64,000 bases of DNA from Eutreptiella sp. 'Long Island Sound 2002' (taxonomy: Eukaryota > Protista > Euglenida). Numbering within the stretch: position 1 is the stretch's first letter; each line of letters starts with the position of its first letter. The position numbers were made by a program, and so were the translations under genes. Under the pieces are notes generated by a model. The model was not told the DNA's origin. It made no database searches and was given only the letters and a program-made list of their open reading frames with translations. Where the stretch lies: contig OZ038378.1 in assembly GCA_964036045.1 (NCBI GenBank), forward strand, positions 15,996,001-16,060,000, in the 5' to 3' direction. Shown here piece after piece: positions 26,107 to 39,953 of this stretch.

Positions 26107-26598
26107 GGTTAACACCATCTCGGTGACTCTGCCCTAGCATGTGTGCGCGGTGCATTGGTGCCACTAGGGCATTGAAAGGTGTAGGCGGTGTGGAAATGCT
26201 TGGCAAATGTTCCCATTCATCATTATCTATCCACAAGGATGCCCAAGACAATACATGGCATCAAACACAGCTAAGGAAGGTGATGCTGGAAAAATTAAGC
26301 AAAAATGCTCCTTGTGGAGGCTGAGGTAGTGGGCTCAAAGGACCCCTTTCCGGGGTCAAAAATGGCCAAAAATTGGCCTTAAAAAGAACCCTGTTTGCGG
26401 TCGTTTTCAAGTTTTGCGTTCCTTCATTGTGTTTGCCTGTCATGCATTGCATTGGGCACCTTTATGATGATAAATGATGATGAATGGGAGTGTTTGCAAG
26501 CTATTTCCTCACCACAAATACCCTTCAGTGCCCCATCGGCACCAATGTGTGGTGCCGCATGCACGTACTAGGGTAGGGTCACCGAGATGGTGTTAACC
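26107..26598. repeat. Fold-back inverted repeat
   Basis: Perfect 21-bp inverted repeat GGTTAACACCATCTCGGTGAC at 26107-26127 and 26578-26598; diverged arms continue about 150 bp inward. Confidence 0.85.
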
Positions 26599-27480
26599 AT
26601 CTGGATTTTATACCCCTCTTTAGTGGTAAGGGTTGAGCTACCAGGTTTGGCAAGCAACAGCAAGCAGCAAGCATTCACAAAATGGGCAAAATTCAAGGCG
26701 TTGTCTTGGTACTTTGGAATGGGCCACAATTTTTGTGGATGGTAGCCATGGGTGTGAAGTAACATCACACAAAATTTGAGCAAGGAACTGCACGGTGGCG
26801 GCTGGGAACGACCGTTGCAAATGGCAAACCCAGGTCTCAAAATCTGGCAAAACTGGCCCAAAAGAGCCAATTTTTATGCTCTTTGAGTGCCTAGGAGAGG
26901 GACCCATTTGCATGGAAACCAATCTAGATGAATCCAAATTGCAAATGGGCCCCTTCACCGACATCCTGGACACCCAAACGGATTTTGGGGCCTGGGTCTG
27001 CCACTTGCGATGGCCTTCCCGGCCACCGCTATTGATTTTTTTGCTTTAACTTTGTGAGATTGTACTTCACAGCGATAGCTATCATCCACTAAATTTTCAG
27101 CCAAATCCGAACCACGACGGAGTTCTGACTTTTGCCCATTTTGTGCGTGCTTGCTGCTGCGGCTGCTGCTGGCTTGTTTGCTTTACTAAAAAGCGACCTC
27201 CCTTCCCATTGTCCTTGCCGAGGCCCCTGCCTATGCCTATGCCCCCTCCTCTCCGACAGTGGATGCTGCGGCTGATGTCCCTAATTATGTTCCTGTCTAT
27301 AGCCTTGCCCACCTGCCTGTGCCGGTGCACATGTGCCTCGTGATGTCGGCGCCAGTTGCCCCATTCTCCCTGTCAGTGCTCCGGCCTGCCACGCCTCTTC
27401 ATAGCCTCCGCTTATGCCTGTCTTGATGTCTTCGCTGATGCCCATGCCCATATCTCATGCCCTAAGCCCGACACCCGCAG

Positions 27481-27952
27481 GTTTCTGAATGCGGATATGG
27501 CACAGCAGCTCTTTGATGCGTTTGATGAGAATCATTCGGGGACGATCAGCCTCCTGGAGTTCTTGAACTGCTTCAAACCGGACGTCCGCCTGCAGGTCGA
27601 CAATTTAGTGGAGCGCATTGCACGCACCCTCTACGCGTCACGGCAGCCACTCAAGCAGCTGTTCTTCAAAATGGACGTGAGTGGCGATGGGCTGCTGCAG
27701 CGCGAGGAGTTCCAGAAGGGAATGCGGTGCCTGGCAGAGCTCGAGGGAACGCATTTGTCGGAGGAGGAGGTCGATTTGGTGATCACGCATTTGGACACCG
27801 ATGCGGACGGTACGATCAGTTGGAACGAGTTCTTGGCGGCATTTCAAGTTGTCGCTCGACACGACGATGCCGATGAGACCCCAACGGCGGAGACCGAGGC
27901 TGAGGATACGGCGGAGCCCGAGGCTGAGGATGAGGCTGAGATCAGGGCCTAG
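27481..27952 (+). CDS. PPEF: PPEF last exon (three EF-hands and acidic tail, TAG stop)
   Basis: FDAFDENHSGTISLLEF, FFKMDVSGDGLLQREEF, LDTDADGTISWNEF; CAG acceptor at 27478-27480 in phase 2. Confidence 0.95.
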
Positions 27953-28099
27953 GCTTCCGCTCAGGAGTCGTGCACAGACTGTTTCTGCTGATGCACTTGA
28001 CTGATCTCCCAGTGCCTTGTGGCCCCCCCCGTCCACCCATCCGCCCTACATCAGAACACTAGCCTTTGAAGGATAAATGAAGTTGATTAGAGCGCCTTC

Positions 28100-29900
28100 G
28101 AAAAGGAGGCCGGACGGTTCAGCTGTCACAGCACATGACGCCTGACCCGGAGGAACCGGTGGGTAACTGGTAGGCTGTAGCGCGCTGGGGTGTCCTCGGT
28201 GACCCTGCGAGCCGGCAGGGCCTGATAGCGATTCATCGGGGCCTGGAGCTCCACCTCCGCCTCCTCAAAGGGATGGTTGTGTGCGGCGTCTAATTTCCGG
28301 CCCTTCTTATCGGCGGTTTATATCGGTTTCTTTTTTCTTGACGAGACGCAGTCCCCGGTGAATCGGGCTGCCTATCGATTGACGACCGTCAGGTTGACCA
28401 CCTGCTGTTACATGGCGTCCACTGTCGGTTTTGCGCCTGTCTCCACTTTCCGCATCGTACCCGGCGCTGTTTGAAAATATTTGTAGGGGCGGGGGCTGGG
28501 CACGCGTTCCTGATGCGGCATCTGCTCTCACAGCCCGAAGTATAAGTGTCTACCGCCATCGTCGTTGGGTACCTGCGACGCAATGTCGACGACGGAGGGC
28601 AGTTGGTAGTTGTTGGTCGACCGACGCCAATCGGCTGGTCACTGACTGGTCACTGGTGCCCAGTGGCATATATATTTGGGTCCAAGAAGACCAGAGCCGG
28701 GCATGTTGAGGGGCCATGGAGGGCGGGTGCTGGGCGGGGTAGGCCTCAGCCCTACTGCGATACCGGCAGCACCTGAGCCTCTAAAACGCTCCGAAGATTG
28801 ATTGAGACGGGGTTGTAATGTCAGGGGACGCGGTTCGGGCGGTGAGCAAAACCAGGCGCCCTTGCCTGGGAGTATGGGAGGCACAGATCAGAGCAGCCTT
28901 TCATGTCATATCAGGTGAGGGGTTCGAATGAGGAAGGGGGACGGTCATGTCCTTGACCTCATTGTTGTGCCATCACCAGGCGTTTTGCTGGCGCTGGAGG
29001 AACAGTCCGACCCCACATTCCCGCTCTCCCAAGGGGCGTCCCACATCAGTTTCACCGCCACGTGCAGATTCGTGCAGGTGTAGGCGTACCTGTGAGGGAC
29101 GTCCCATGAGGTCCTTCTGCGGGTCCATTCCCGGGTGCACCCCGTGGGGTCCCCCTACAGCACCACACACACCAAGCCACAGCACCGACCGGCCAACGGT
29201 GCACCAACGGTTATAAACAAATGCTGAGGACATCCTCAGGATCATACGGCCTGGATAAGACCTGGTGGTACCAGGCAACAAAATGGACGGATGAAGTCCG
29301 ATACAACGCCTGTTTTGTGGATATGCTTTTTAACCCGATGCTGTTTTCCCAATCTGCCAGCCTGCGCCCTGTGTGTAAGCGACGGATTGGGCTCACGGAT
29401 ACGCTGCACCCGCGCTGGTGCACTGCCACTCCTGGCACTGCTGTGGACCACCCCCAGATGTTGCCGAGGTTGTCTCACTGTAAAAGAAGATTCCCGAGCC
29501 TTTCTCTGATTTCTTTGGTATTATCAGAGCAGAACCTTCCGTTAGTCAGGGACGTGGTATTGACCAAAGATGGGTCTCGTCAGTCGGCGGTAGCTGTGGG
29601 TAGTTTTGGTAGTTCTTAGGTGGGGCGCCACCGCTGCTTTGGCCCATCTTTCTTCCCGGGTCAGTGCCCGTAAGCCCACAACCCCCCACCACCAACGTGC
29701 AGCCTACGTCCCATGACCTCCTTGAGGCCGATGGGAACGCAAGTTCAAGGCATGCGTCTCGGATGCACTGGTTCGGGTGACGGTGTAACAGCCCAAAATG
29801 TCCAAAGCTCACGACGACAGCATCTGTACCCCTGAACACGTCATACCAGGCCCAGAGGAGGTGATTGTCCTGCAGTGCAGCCATGTCGCCTGGATTCCCG
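28100..29900 (-). mobile_element. Possible decayed DIRS/Ngaro-like retroelement RT region
   Basis: Minus-strand fragments in RT order: IIPKKSEKGSGIF (29462-29545), LADWENSIGL, CTVGRSVLWLGV; heavily disrupted. Confidence 0.3.
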
Positions 29901-32900
29901 TGATTGACCAGTCTCGAGCCCTTGTGTGACCCTTTGCCTGATGCGGGGTGCGTTGCCTGGTCCTGCCCATGGGCTGCTGTCCATTTGTTCGCGAGGAGAA
30001 GGCAGCGTGGGACGTTGGCCAGGCAGGCGTGCGCCTCGCAAGTTCCTCATAATTCTGACCATCGGCTCTTCATTCTGCTGTGCACCGCGGCAGCCCCGCC
30101 GGGGGGGATGCTGCGGTGGAGCGGCGTGAGTCGTCGGGACAAGGACCCGCCATACCTTGGCCCTCATCTGAGCCCGAGACAGACACCAAAACTGGACAGT
30201 CCCTAGTGCTGTCAGGAGAGGGCCCCTGTAACGCACCAGTTCACCCTTGTCTTTTTTGGTTGGACACAATAAACTTGGGGCTTATCAAATGAAACGACGC
30301 ACCAAATTAAACTGGCAGACGGTTCCTCATGCAAGGGCACACCAGAGACACAACCGCTGAACGTACCATGGGTATCCTCCTGACTGTCCAACCATTCTGG
30401 GACCAAGGGGCGGGCTGGCGAGATGGTCTCCCATTTGTTGGCTTGAATCTGTCAGTCGTGCCGGAATCCTCTAAAGATTGATGTCCTCTCAGCACCTATG
30501 GCGCCTGTATCGCCTCAGGCCTCTGCACACATTGGCGCAAGGACAAGCTCGACTGACAGTGGTTGTTGTTGTTGCTTTCCCATGGTTATGGTGGTTGAGA
30601 TGTGCCCCAATTACCATTCTATCGCTTAATAACTGCATTGTTTTTTTGTAGTGCTTTGTTCAAATCACTTTTTGACTGTCCTTTGCTGCTGCACAAAAGA
30701 AAATACGGTCTGAGGTGCAATGGTATTCGCCGTGGGGGCGGCATATGTGGCAGGCTGGAACCCCCCCCCCTCCCCACTGGACCCCCCACCCCATACCAAT
30801 TTGGGTGCCAACAGGGCCTGGACAATTTTTTTGGCTTCTGATGAATTTTTTGGGGCCTTTGGTGAAAGGGTTGCAACATGGGCTCCGCCCAATGTGTTTA
30901 TACCCAAAATGCTCCAATTTGTATGGTGAGTTCAAATCTTTCGTTTTCCACCACCACTTTCGCCTGGGTTGTATAGCCACATTGATTTCTACCCACTGTG
31001 GGGACCCTGAGAAGACAGGCGTCATGTAGCCATATTGATTTCTCCCGACTACTTGAATATTGCACCTCACTGATGCGCGCTGCTGACCAGTGCAGATGCG
31101 ACAGTTGTCCAGTGCTCAAACAACGCCACCTACTCACACACTGGGGGCAAACACTACGATGCTGCCTGCAGCAGCGCCCTCTGACTGTACAGGCAAGCGG
31201 AACACACAGCACAAGTACATGCCTGCCATACCGCTGTAGGAGACATCCTGGTTAGCCACAGTGCCTGACTCTGCAAATCTTTGTACACTTGATCTGGCAC
31301 AACATTTGCACTACAACTGTGACATCTAGTTTTCTCGACTATACATGCAACACGTTGATCTTGGGTTGCTTCAGGGTGGCAGTACCCACTGCATTACCAT
31401 GCACCAGAGTAACCTGCAGGCACAGGTCCAAGTTCTCCTCACGGGGCACACGATTCATCGCGTGACTGCACTGTGCCCTGCAGCACTGGTGTGGAGACTG
31501 GGCAGTCAAAAAACCCTTTCAAAGACACCCAATATTGCGTGGGTTTTGACAACTACATGTGTCTTGCCACATCATGCATGACAGATGTTCGTACATTTGA
31601 ATATCAATCTTTTCCAATTGCCCATCACTTTATACGTGTGGGGGGTAATTTGTCATGCCTATCAAAAGTAGCACAGTTCACCGTACACATATCATGACAA
31701 GTTCCTTTTCCAAGAGTATTGTAGCAAAACTCCGCCGCTTGACAGCTTTGTCACAACTTGTACAACAAACAACAATTAGAAAATGTAATATACTCTACAA
31801 CCCATTGCCCAGAAACAAAATTGGGCGAAAAACTCTCACCTGAACCCCACTCAAGGTGCCGCAGAAGAATGGTTGCCCAACTAACCAACAAATTTGCGAA
31901 AATTGGCTTCGGCGTAAAAATCAAAGGGTCATGAGAATATGGCTTTTTGCACCATTTTGAGGAAATGTTAAACCAAACAAAATAGGCAAGCTTCTAGAGG
32001 CATCCTGGGGGGGCAAAGTTTTGAAAGACCCAGAATTTCAAGTTTCCCCTCATTGAATACATGCGGGTTTTCATTTACTATTGCCTATCAAAGGCACTAT
32101 ACTTCACTGCAGATATATCATGGGGTTTCTTTCTCCAAGAGTATGGTAGCGCAATTTCCATGCATTAAAATCTTGGCTTTGTGTTTACGCTGTTTTCGGC
32201 GTCAGATTCATAGGGTCATGAGAATATGGATTTTTTGCACCAAGTTGGGAGGATGATACGCCGAAAAAAATAGGCATAGGGGCATAGTGGGGGGTGCACC
32301 GTTTTTGGAGGCATAGTGGGGGGTGCACCGTTTTGTACCACCAAGCTCTTGTTGTTGTTGTTGTTTTGAGGTGTGATTCCAAAAGAGTTCCAGAAAATGA
32401 AAATGCCACAATCAGGTACATCATTTACTGGTTTGAAGAACAGGATCCTGAGGCCGGCTGCAAAGCAGACCTTCTGCACACAAGCTCCAGCTGCACCTTC
32501 CATGAAGCACGGTATCAGAGCCAGGTGCTGCCGCATGACCAATGGAGATTGGTGGGGATGAACATCTAGTCACACGTGCTCAATGATTGCATGGACCACG
32601 GCATGTGCACATGCACGTAGAAATGGTCAGCCTGCTTCGCCACAGCCAATGAGTTATGGTAATACTGAACAAACTCAAAAATGTAGGCTGAGGACATAGC
32701 CACTGCAGTAGAAGCACACGAGACAGGACGGCACAAGAGCTTCTGGTAGTCCGCTTCTGGTAGTCCGCTTCTGGTAGTGATCGTTCAAATTTTTTTTATA
32801 CATCAGGCCTGTGCTGACTAGCAGGAAGGTGCTTGGGCTGTCATAATAGCCTCATGCATTCTGGGTCATTTTCTTCATATCGCATGGTTTGTGTGCAGTC

Positions 32901-35900
32901 ATTCTTTGTCCAGAAACCTTGTTTCTCCGCCAATGAAAAAGGTTATGACAACAAAACACGTGCATCTGCCCAAAATGCAAAACTTTTAAACTACTCAACA
33001 ATGTGAAATCAAAAACCTTGGAAACTTTCTAGGTTGAAAAGCAATGTGAAGTGAAGATACAAAAATAGGTAAAAAGCCTCTTTTGTCGGAAGTTCGTATT
33101 AGAATCGTGCTTTGAACTGGAAAAAAAACACAAGCTATAAGCGAAGTTGTAAAAGAACCCAGACAAAGCGAAACAAACAAGGTACGGCAGACGGCAAGGA
33201 GTTTCTTCTTAAACCGGGCACCCAAAGTCCAACGCCCGATGAAAACACACCATAGTGTGGTGCTTTGTCTTGAATTTGTCTTGAAAAAATCACTAAAAAT
33301 CATCAACACACGCTAAATTGTCATGACATAAAACATGCTCGAGCCGACACACATAGCCAAAGAAAATTGCTTAGCACAAATAGGTGCCAAACCGAACCAT
33401 TGAAAAGCTCAAGAAACATAAAGGGTAGGTGGGGGGGAACCACAAAAATTGGGCAAGAGATATAAACACAAGACGGCATACAATGGAGGATGAAGCTCAG
33501 ATGCGCACCATGAAGAATCATCAAGGAAAGAGATGGGGGGTCACACCCACCTCACTTCAATTTTACGAATTCAATTAGCTTCCTATTCGAAATTTGAATT
33601 CAAATTCCAAATTCAAACCTCAACATTCCCTGCTACCACTGCCATCTTGCCCTTGCTCTTGTTGGTTATGAAGAACGGTACACCTCTCTGCAGCCGTGTA
33701 GAATCGGCTTACCAACATCGGCATAACCCACCATAATCTTTTTAACAACCGGTGGGTACCACCAGTAAACCATGGCCTATGGTGCCGCCGCTGCCAGCAT
33801 TTCCGCATTGGCGATTTTCAGAATTTTGTTCAGCCGATTTCTCAAATTTCTTTAATAGTTGAAAGCTGAAACTCTGCATATCGTTAATTTATGATAAAAA
33901 CTAACTCTTAATGTATTCAGTTTCCGTTTCGGTGCAATTATTTCTTGCAATCTGGCACTGAAAAATCGAACCCGACCAGAAACTAAATTGATAGAGAGTT
34001 GGTTTTTATCATCAATTAACGATATCCAGCTTTCAACCCGAAACATTGGCCCAACAAAAGTCTGAAAATCGCCAATGCGACCAAGCCGGCGACGCCGCGA
34101 CATTCAGCGATTTCACAGATTTTCGGCCAAATCAAACCGGTGAGTGGAGGTTGTTTCAGTTTTTAAAGAGGTTATCGTCGGTATAGCAGTACTACCGGTC
34201 ACCTCTACAACCGGTTGCATCCCTTAATTTTGGGATATAATGCAATTTGCAATGCACCATAGGCCAAAACCGGCCTAAGTGATCGAAGACAGTGGCGTAA
34301 AAAGTTGAAATGTGAAAGTTCATCGTACAACGGTCCAAATAAACCGTGGGGCAAAAAAACTGCCAACATGAAACAAATTTTGCAGTACGGAATAGATAGC
34401 CGCGTCAAATATAGTTTTCAAAATTATTCATATGCCTTTATATGCACCGCAAAACTGTGCACCCAAAAAGAGCAGCCCGAAATCGCCTACTGGCATTAGA
34501 GTAACCCAACAAATTCAGAAAAATGCTGCAATTTTCGGGGCACCATAGACCAAACCCAGCGTAAATAATCAAAGAAGCCAGTTGAAAAAGACGAAATGTG
34601 AAAAATCTTGGTACGGCCATCAAAACAAAATGCAAAGCACAAGGAGTGTAGACACAAAACCAATTCCGTATTACAGAACGGAGCAGGCTATCAATTTTTG
34701 TGTACACAGATCTTGTTACATTTTTGCAATGATATTTGTGCTCGGCCTCCATTTTTTCTCAGGAAAATGAACTAGAAGCAAGTTCATGCTCAAGTAGCAG
34801 AATTCTTCCAAGGTTTTGAAATCGACCATCGCATATTGTCACACCCATCATCATAGCGTAGGTCGATCATAGTATGCACTATTCATTCTCAACGGCACCT
34901 ATGTGTTCCAGAATTGTTCAATTCTAACAAGCTCCGATAAGGTTTGTAAAACAAGGGTTCACACACTAGCCCTTTTAATCACTTGGGGCAAAAGCAAAGA
35001 CCAATCGTGGGTCATGGATGCTATGATACATTGCACACACAAGTGTGAAATACACACATGGTGACTGAGAATGAAAAGATCCCTTTTTGTTTAGAGCTTA
35101 AGCAGCCTAAGTGTAGCTTAATCGGCGGAGAAGACCTCAACTTCACGACTTTGTGCGGTGAAAATTGGCTTGTCCGCTTGCATACTCTTTGGTGCAAAAG
35201 AGAATTGGCACACCAACAAGCTTTGGCCAAAGTATAGTCGACATCGAATGTTGACAAACCCGAAAGAGGACGAAAAAATGGAGTGCAATGAGCGCGCCGC
35301 GAAGAGTAAGCTAGCAGGTCGAACTTCAAGGATTTGTAAATTTGAATCTCTTCATGGCCACCATTTTATGCCAGCGAGTTGGGGCACAAATATTGGACTC
35401 AATAAAATTGTCGGCAAGCATACACACAAAAACTAAACTTAATGCAGCCTTCCGCGATTGAGAAACGTGGAACTCATTACAGGCATCAGTGACTTTCGGC
35501 ACCTAGATTGAACTTTAGGTCTCTCTTTCGCATGGTGTACGCCCATTGACTGGTGACAAAAAACTTGCTGTGTCGCAGCGTGCGAACAATAGACAAAGTG
35601 CATTTCCGCTCATTTGATGTGCGGTTATATGTCCAAATTTTGCTGCAATGATAATACACTATGTTCCTCCGCTCTGCAGCACGGAACAGTTTTATTCATA
35701 TTGTGCATGGTCCAACTATCGCAATATCAGACCTTGACCATTGTGTGGCCTGGAGCTCATGCCTGTGACCCTCCCTCAGGGAATTCAAAGATTTTTACAA
35801 AAGTATTGCGGTGCGCCACAGAAATCCATGGAAAAGCAATGGGCTGTTTATAAAAAAGCCCATTACAAGTTGTTCGCAATGTCCTGTTCTCTACTGATTT

Positions 35901-38900
35901 GCGCGCCACCATTGTGACCTTCATTTTGGCTACCATGACCTGCGGTCGTGTTTGCCCATCTAAGCTAAGAAAAAAGGGCAACAGGAGGAGACAGAGATAG
36001 GGAGCGGTGGTGGAACAAGACATCAGGTGGAGCAATGAAAATAGAACCGCTCAAAATGGAAAGGATTGAGGACATGTTATATATTGCAGGCAAAACTGGA
36101 CGAATAATCCTGAGCTAGCGCATGCCTTCATTTTGAATAGCTCAGGCCATTTTTTCCCATGTTTCTTTCTCTGCAAAGTGCTGCAATGCAATCAACAAGC
36201 TGTGCCACATTGAATGCCAACACAGCCCGCCACAGCACAGTGCCATGCAGCAAGTAATCCTATGCGGTCCTTCAACAGCTAAACCAACTCAAAGACATCT
36301 GGAACTCTTTGGACAACATCCTATTGGTGGGAAGTGTAGCCCACAATCTGGGACTGCGCGCATTCATCACCCACACTCTTAAAGTCAAGGTTTGGACCCC
36401 CTTGTAGCCTAGGGAGTTGTGACAATGGCAGAAAGGGGGGGGGGGGATGACACTAGTACCTGCATGGGAGCTCTGCACAGAAATTTGGTTTGGCCCCAGA
36501 GTTTTTTTTTTGTTTTAAAATGGTTCTGGGGGGGGGGGTGTTCTCCCCGGACGGGGGAGGGGGTTTAATCATTTTGGGGGGGGGTTAAGGGCTGGGGGGG
36601 CGGGGGGTTCTCCCCTTTGGAATGGGTTCTTTTCCACGAGGGCAAGCGGTGCAAGCTTGAGGTGGCCATGGTCCTACGCTCACCCTTTTTTAAGCTGCAA
36701 TAATACAATGGTGGCAGAGTCACAATTTTCGATGGTAATGTGCAACACTGCGTTGATTTCCAAGCGTTCACGTGGCCAACCAAGCGAGGCCAATCCCCCT
36801 TTCACTTTCATTGTGGCATGTCTCCCATTTTGCAGTGTCTGCCAAAAGAAGCGCACTCATGCTGTGGATGGTCTCAGAGGCAACTTCACATTTGACAACA
36901 TCTCTCAGCACTGCAAGTGTGCCAGCATCTGGTGATATGCAGTCATCATGTGCAACCCAGGGGAGGGTTATTTGAAAAGTGGGTAGGAGTCAGGCGCGGG
37001 GGGGGGGGGGTCATGCGTCGTGTGAGCGTGAAGCTCAGGGGATTGACACCTACGGTAATGCTATTGGGGCAGTGTAACCATGTGCAGGGACCTGTATGTG
37101 CCAAGGTATCAATTCCAATCATGCTCAAACTGCGGGAGGGCAAACAGGGACCTGTGTGTGTGTGTGTTTGTGTGTCAGAATGTTGTGTACAACCATCTCC
37201 AAAAGCAGATGCAGTGCGAGCACGTTCCCCATGCAGCACACCATGCAACATCAGACAGTGGCAGAAATATCTTTAGACCTCAGTACCCTGGTGCACTTTT
37301 TGACGAAAGTGACACAAACGTCTTTTTGCTCCATTTGTCCAACACAAGACTGAAGCAATGTCTTGCTTGCACATGAACAATGATGGCTATTGCCTGGTCA
37401 AACAGTACGCGATACGATTGTCAACATGTATCCATCTGGCAGCAGGGGTGGCTCCGATACCGAGTGAGAACAGAATGGTGACAGGTCCATTGTGCCACTG
37501 ACAAGTGTAACCTTTGTAAAGAGGGAAGACTAGTGCAGAAAATGTACAACAGATCAGCAAGCCCCATAATTGAACACAAATGCTGCTGCTTTTCCTGCCA
37601 CCTTGAAACAGCATAGCATTGTTCTGGTGCAGAAAGAAGCACTATTCGACGCAGCCAGGCCTTAGGGTCAACTGGGGAACCTGTACTTCGCTCACACTTG
37701 CGACTGCAGCTCAACAAATTGCAACGCAGATTGCAGAACCACTCTACTTGCAAGGAAACTCCAAAGAAGCTCAAGGATATGAAGGTTGCACCATGTGTGT
37801 GTAAGTGAAGGTTGTCAACGGCTTTTTCACTTGTGTTTGTTTTGCTGATCTACATCCTCGCAGCTTGACTTGCCGCCCTGGTTGTACTGCCCCACTGCTC
37901 CCACTGGCAAAACTCGCAAAACCACCTGACCTAACAATACGACTCTTCAAATAGTCAGAGATGTGAACGTTGCACTGTGCATGGCACTTTCACTTGTGTC
38001 GGGGCTGCTGATCCACATCCATGGAAGGAAACCTAAAAATCGGTACAACTAATCAATCCATACAAATGACGTCAGAATAGCCAAACCACACAGCGCTTGG
38101 GATGGGTGAATGTCCGGCACTGCAATCTCACACATTGGTTGGGGCGTTGCAATCCGTTTTCTGGATGCCATTTAATCGTGAGAACCTGTCAGAATTGGAG
38201 AGAAGATTTAGTTCTCCGAAGTCAAGACGCCTAGGAGCTAAGACAAGGAAGAGAAAAACTTTGGGTGATACAAAGTGGGGACACACACTCTACCTGCTGG
38301 AAAATGTTGATGATGTGCAGGTGCTGAACCCCAAAGTGCACACCTGATGCCGGTGGCTTAATGGCACCCATAACTCTCAAAGTTTTCCGGACTGAAAGCC
38401 ATCCCTTCTACAGGGTATCTTTGGGTTCTCAGTTTTTTCCCCTTTGCTTGTTGCCACGAAATCAAAAAATGCACAGAACAGCTCATGAAAAAAATGATAA
38501 AATGCAACGGAAAAATGTCGGACTGCAGCACAAAGGGTTCCAAGTCTTTATTTGCTTTATTTACTGCGAGAGATTGATGGTCTCCCCCCAGGGGGGGGGG
38601 GGGGGGTTGCAACGGTATTTCAAGGCAAAGTGTGGGGCCCTCTGATGATGCAACAGAACATGGGTGAGGGGACTTTTGCGTTGATACAGTACCAATGGTG
38701 TCGATATGGTTCCAATGTTATTGGGGCTCTTGCGCACTGTCCAAAGGAACTGTGTAGAACTTCCGGGTACAAGAATAGCACACTTTGAAGTGTTGCACAT
38801 ATGCAGTTTGCATGACAGGGACTGAATGTGTGGCACGATGAGGAGGCAATGGAGCGTGGGGCTTGTTTTGGCAGCCAGGTAAGCGCCTACTTGGGAAAGC

Positions 38901-39953
38901 TGACCAGCTTATGTGGGGGCCGGCTTTACTGACCTTGGGGGCAGGTACCTACTTATTTGCGGGTGCTAGATCCTTAGGAATCCACTTTTTCTGGCATATA
39001 TCACGAGTGAAATACAATTTCCCATCAAACACATGCCCCAAGCCCCAAACCCAGGTTGCACTCTTTGCGCATACTACCTCCACGTCCTTGTCTTCTGCTA
39101 ATTCAGAATCACTTGATTCCTCCTCACTGCTGACACACAGGCAACACAAACAACAAACTTCCGCAACAAATGTTAACGAGCAAACAAATTGAAGTGTGAC
39201 GGTGTCCCCGCAGGGGCGGGGGATTGCAAAGGAAGGAAGATTTCAAGAGAGGGGGGGGGGGGATTACTCAAGCATGCTGAGCTGTGGCTTACAGTACCAA
39301 GACATCTCTCTGTACAAAGGAGCCCCTGGAGCCAAGGGCCAAGGGAAAGATAAGAAAAATGCTGGAAAAGGGCCACTGCTCCTGCCAGGGGGGTGATGCC
39401 GCAGGTATCATGGATGAGTGTGTACATGAGGATGTGCATGCCATTTTTGGATCAATGGGGACTGTGCAACTCCCAGATTGCAGGTGCTGCAATGGCTCAG
39501 GATGATATTTGCAACGCGCCCTCTTCAATCCTGTAACCTCGACATGCAATGCGACTGCGGGAAGATGAGCACAGATGCAAACACATGAGAGATGTGGTCC
39601 CCGGTGCCGAGTTCCGGGCGTGAACCCAACCCGAGCAGCTGTCGGTTCCTACCATGACCCACAACAGGAGTCTGCCCCTACTACATAGTATCCTCTTGAA
39701 CGTCCCTGGTGGGATGTGAGGGGTGTGGGGGGTCCGCGACGTACACGTGTTTGGAACGGAATGGCGGCAGCACCGTCATCATCTGCTACAAACCAGTATG
39801 AGAGGATGCACCCTCTTTTGGCCCCTCACAGCCTCCAGCCCCCACCAGCGGCCCCCGCACACCTCAAGAAAAACCTGCGAGGTCAGTTCGTGGATCATCT
39901 GAATCCATGACATCCTGTGCATTCTGGCCTTACACAAGAGGAGCACGAAAACG

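Larger units (their letters stand above)
22840..27190. repeat. Repeat family C cluster (multiple direct and inverted units)
   Basis: A unit like GCTCAAACTTTGTG(C/A)GATTGTA(C/T)TTCACACCCAT...ATCATCCACCAAAA occurs at about 22950 (+), 25050 (+), 26740 (-) and 27050 (+). A second unit (ATTGGTGCC...GGGCATTGAAGGGT) occurs at about 23670 (+), 26150 (+) and 26520 (-). Confidence 0.85.
9065..27952 (+). other. PPEF: Gene span: PPEF/rdgC-type EF-hand Ser/Thr protein phosphatase (9 exons found, 5' exon missing, one frameshift)
   Basis: Exons join at GT-AG junctions into about 810 aa with PPP motifs GDLHGQ, GDFVDRG, NRGNHE, HGG, LWADP, RSHQ and TVFSASNYCG, the PPEF-type N-terminal YxGPxLxFPL, and a C-terminal EF-hand array. 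Confidence 0.92.

Noticed and set aside
28055-28110. Hairpin plus CTAG|T on the minus strand as a Helitron 3' end
   Set aside because: The stems are only 4 bp, and there is no matching 5' TC end or Rep/Hel sequence.
30500-39600. Scattered transposase-like peptides (CDSCPVLK, RTHAVDGL, GHTMVK) in the AT-richer intergenic block
   Set aside because: The motifs are short, out of order and heavily disrupted. The region is probably old DNA-transposon debris, but no family or boundaries can be supported.
39590-39650. tRNA-like GGTTCACGCCC segment on the minus strand
   Set aside because: No cloverleaf, D-arm or acceptor stem could be formed.
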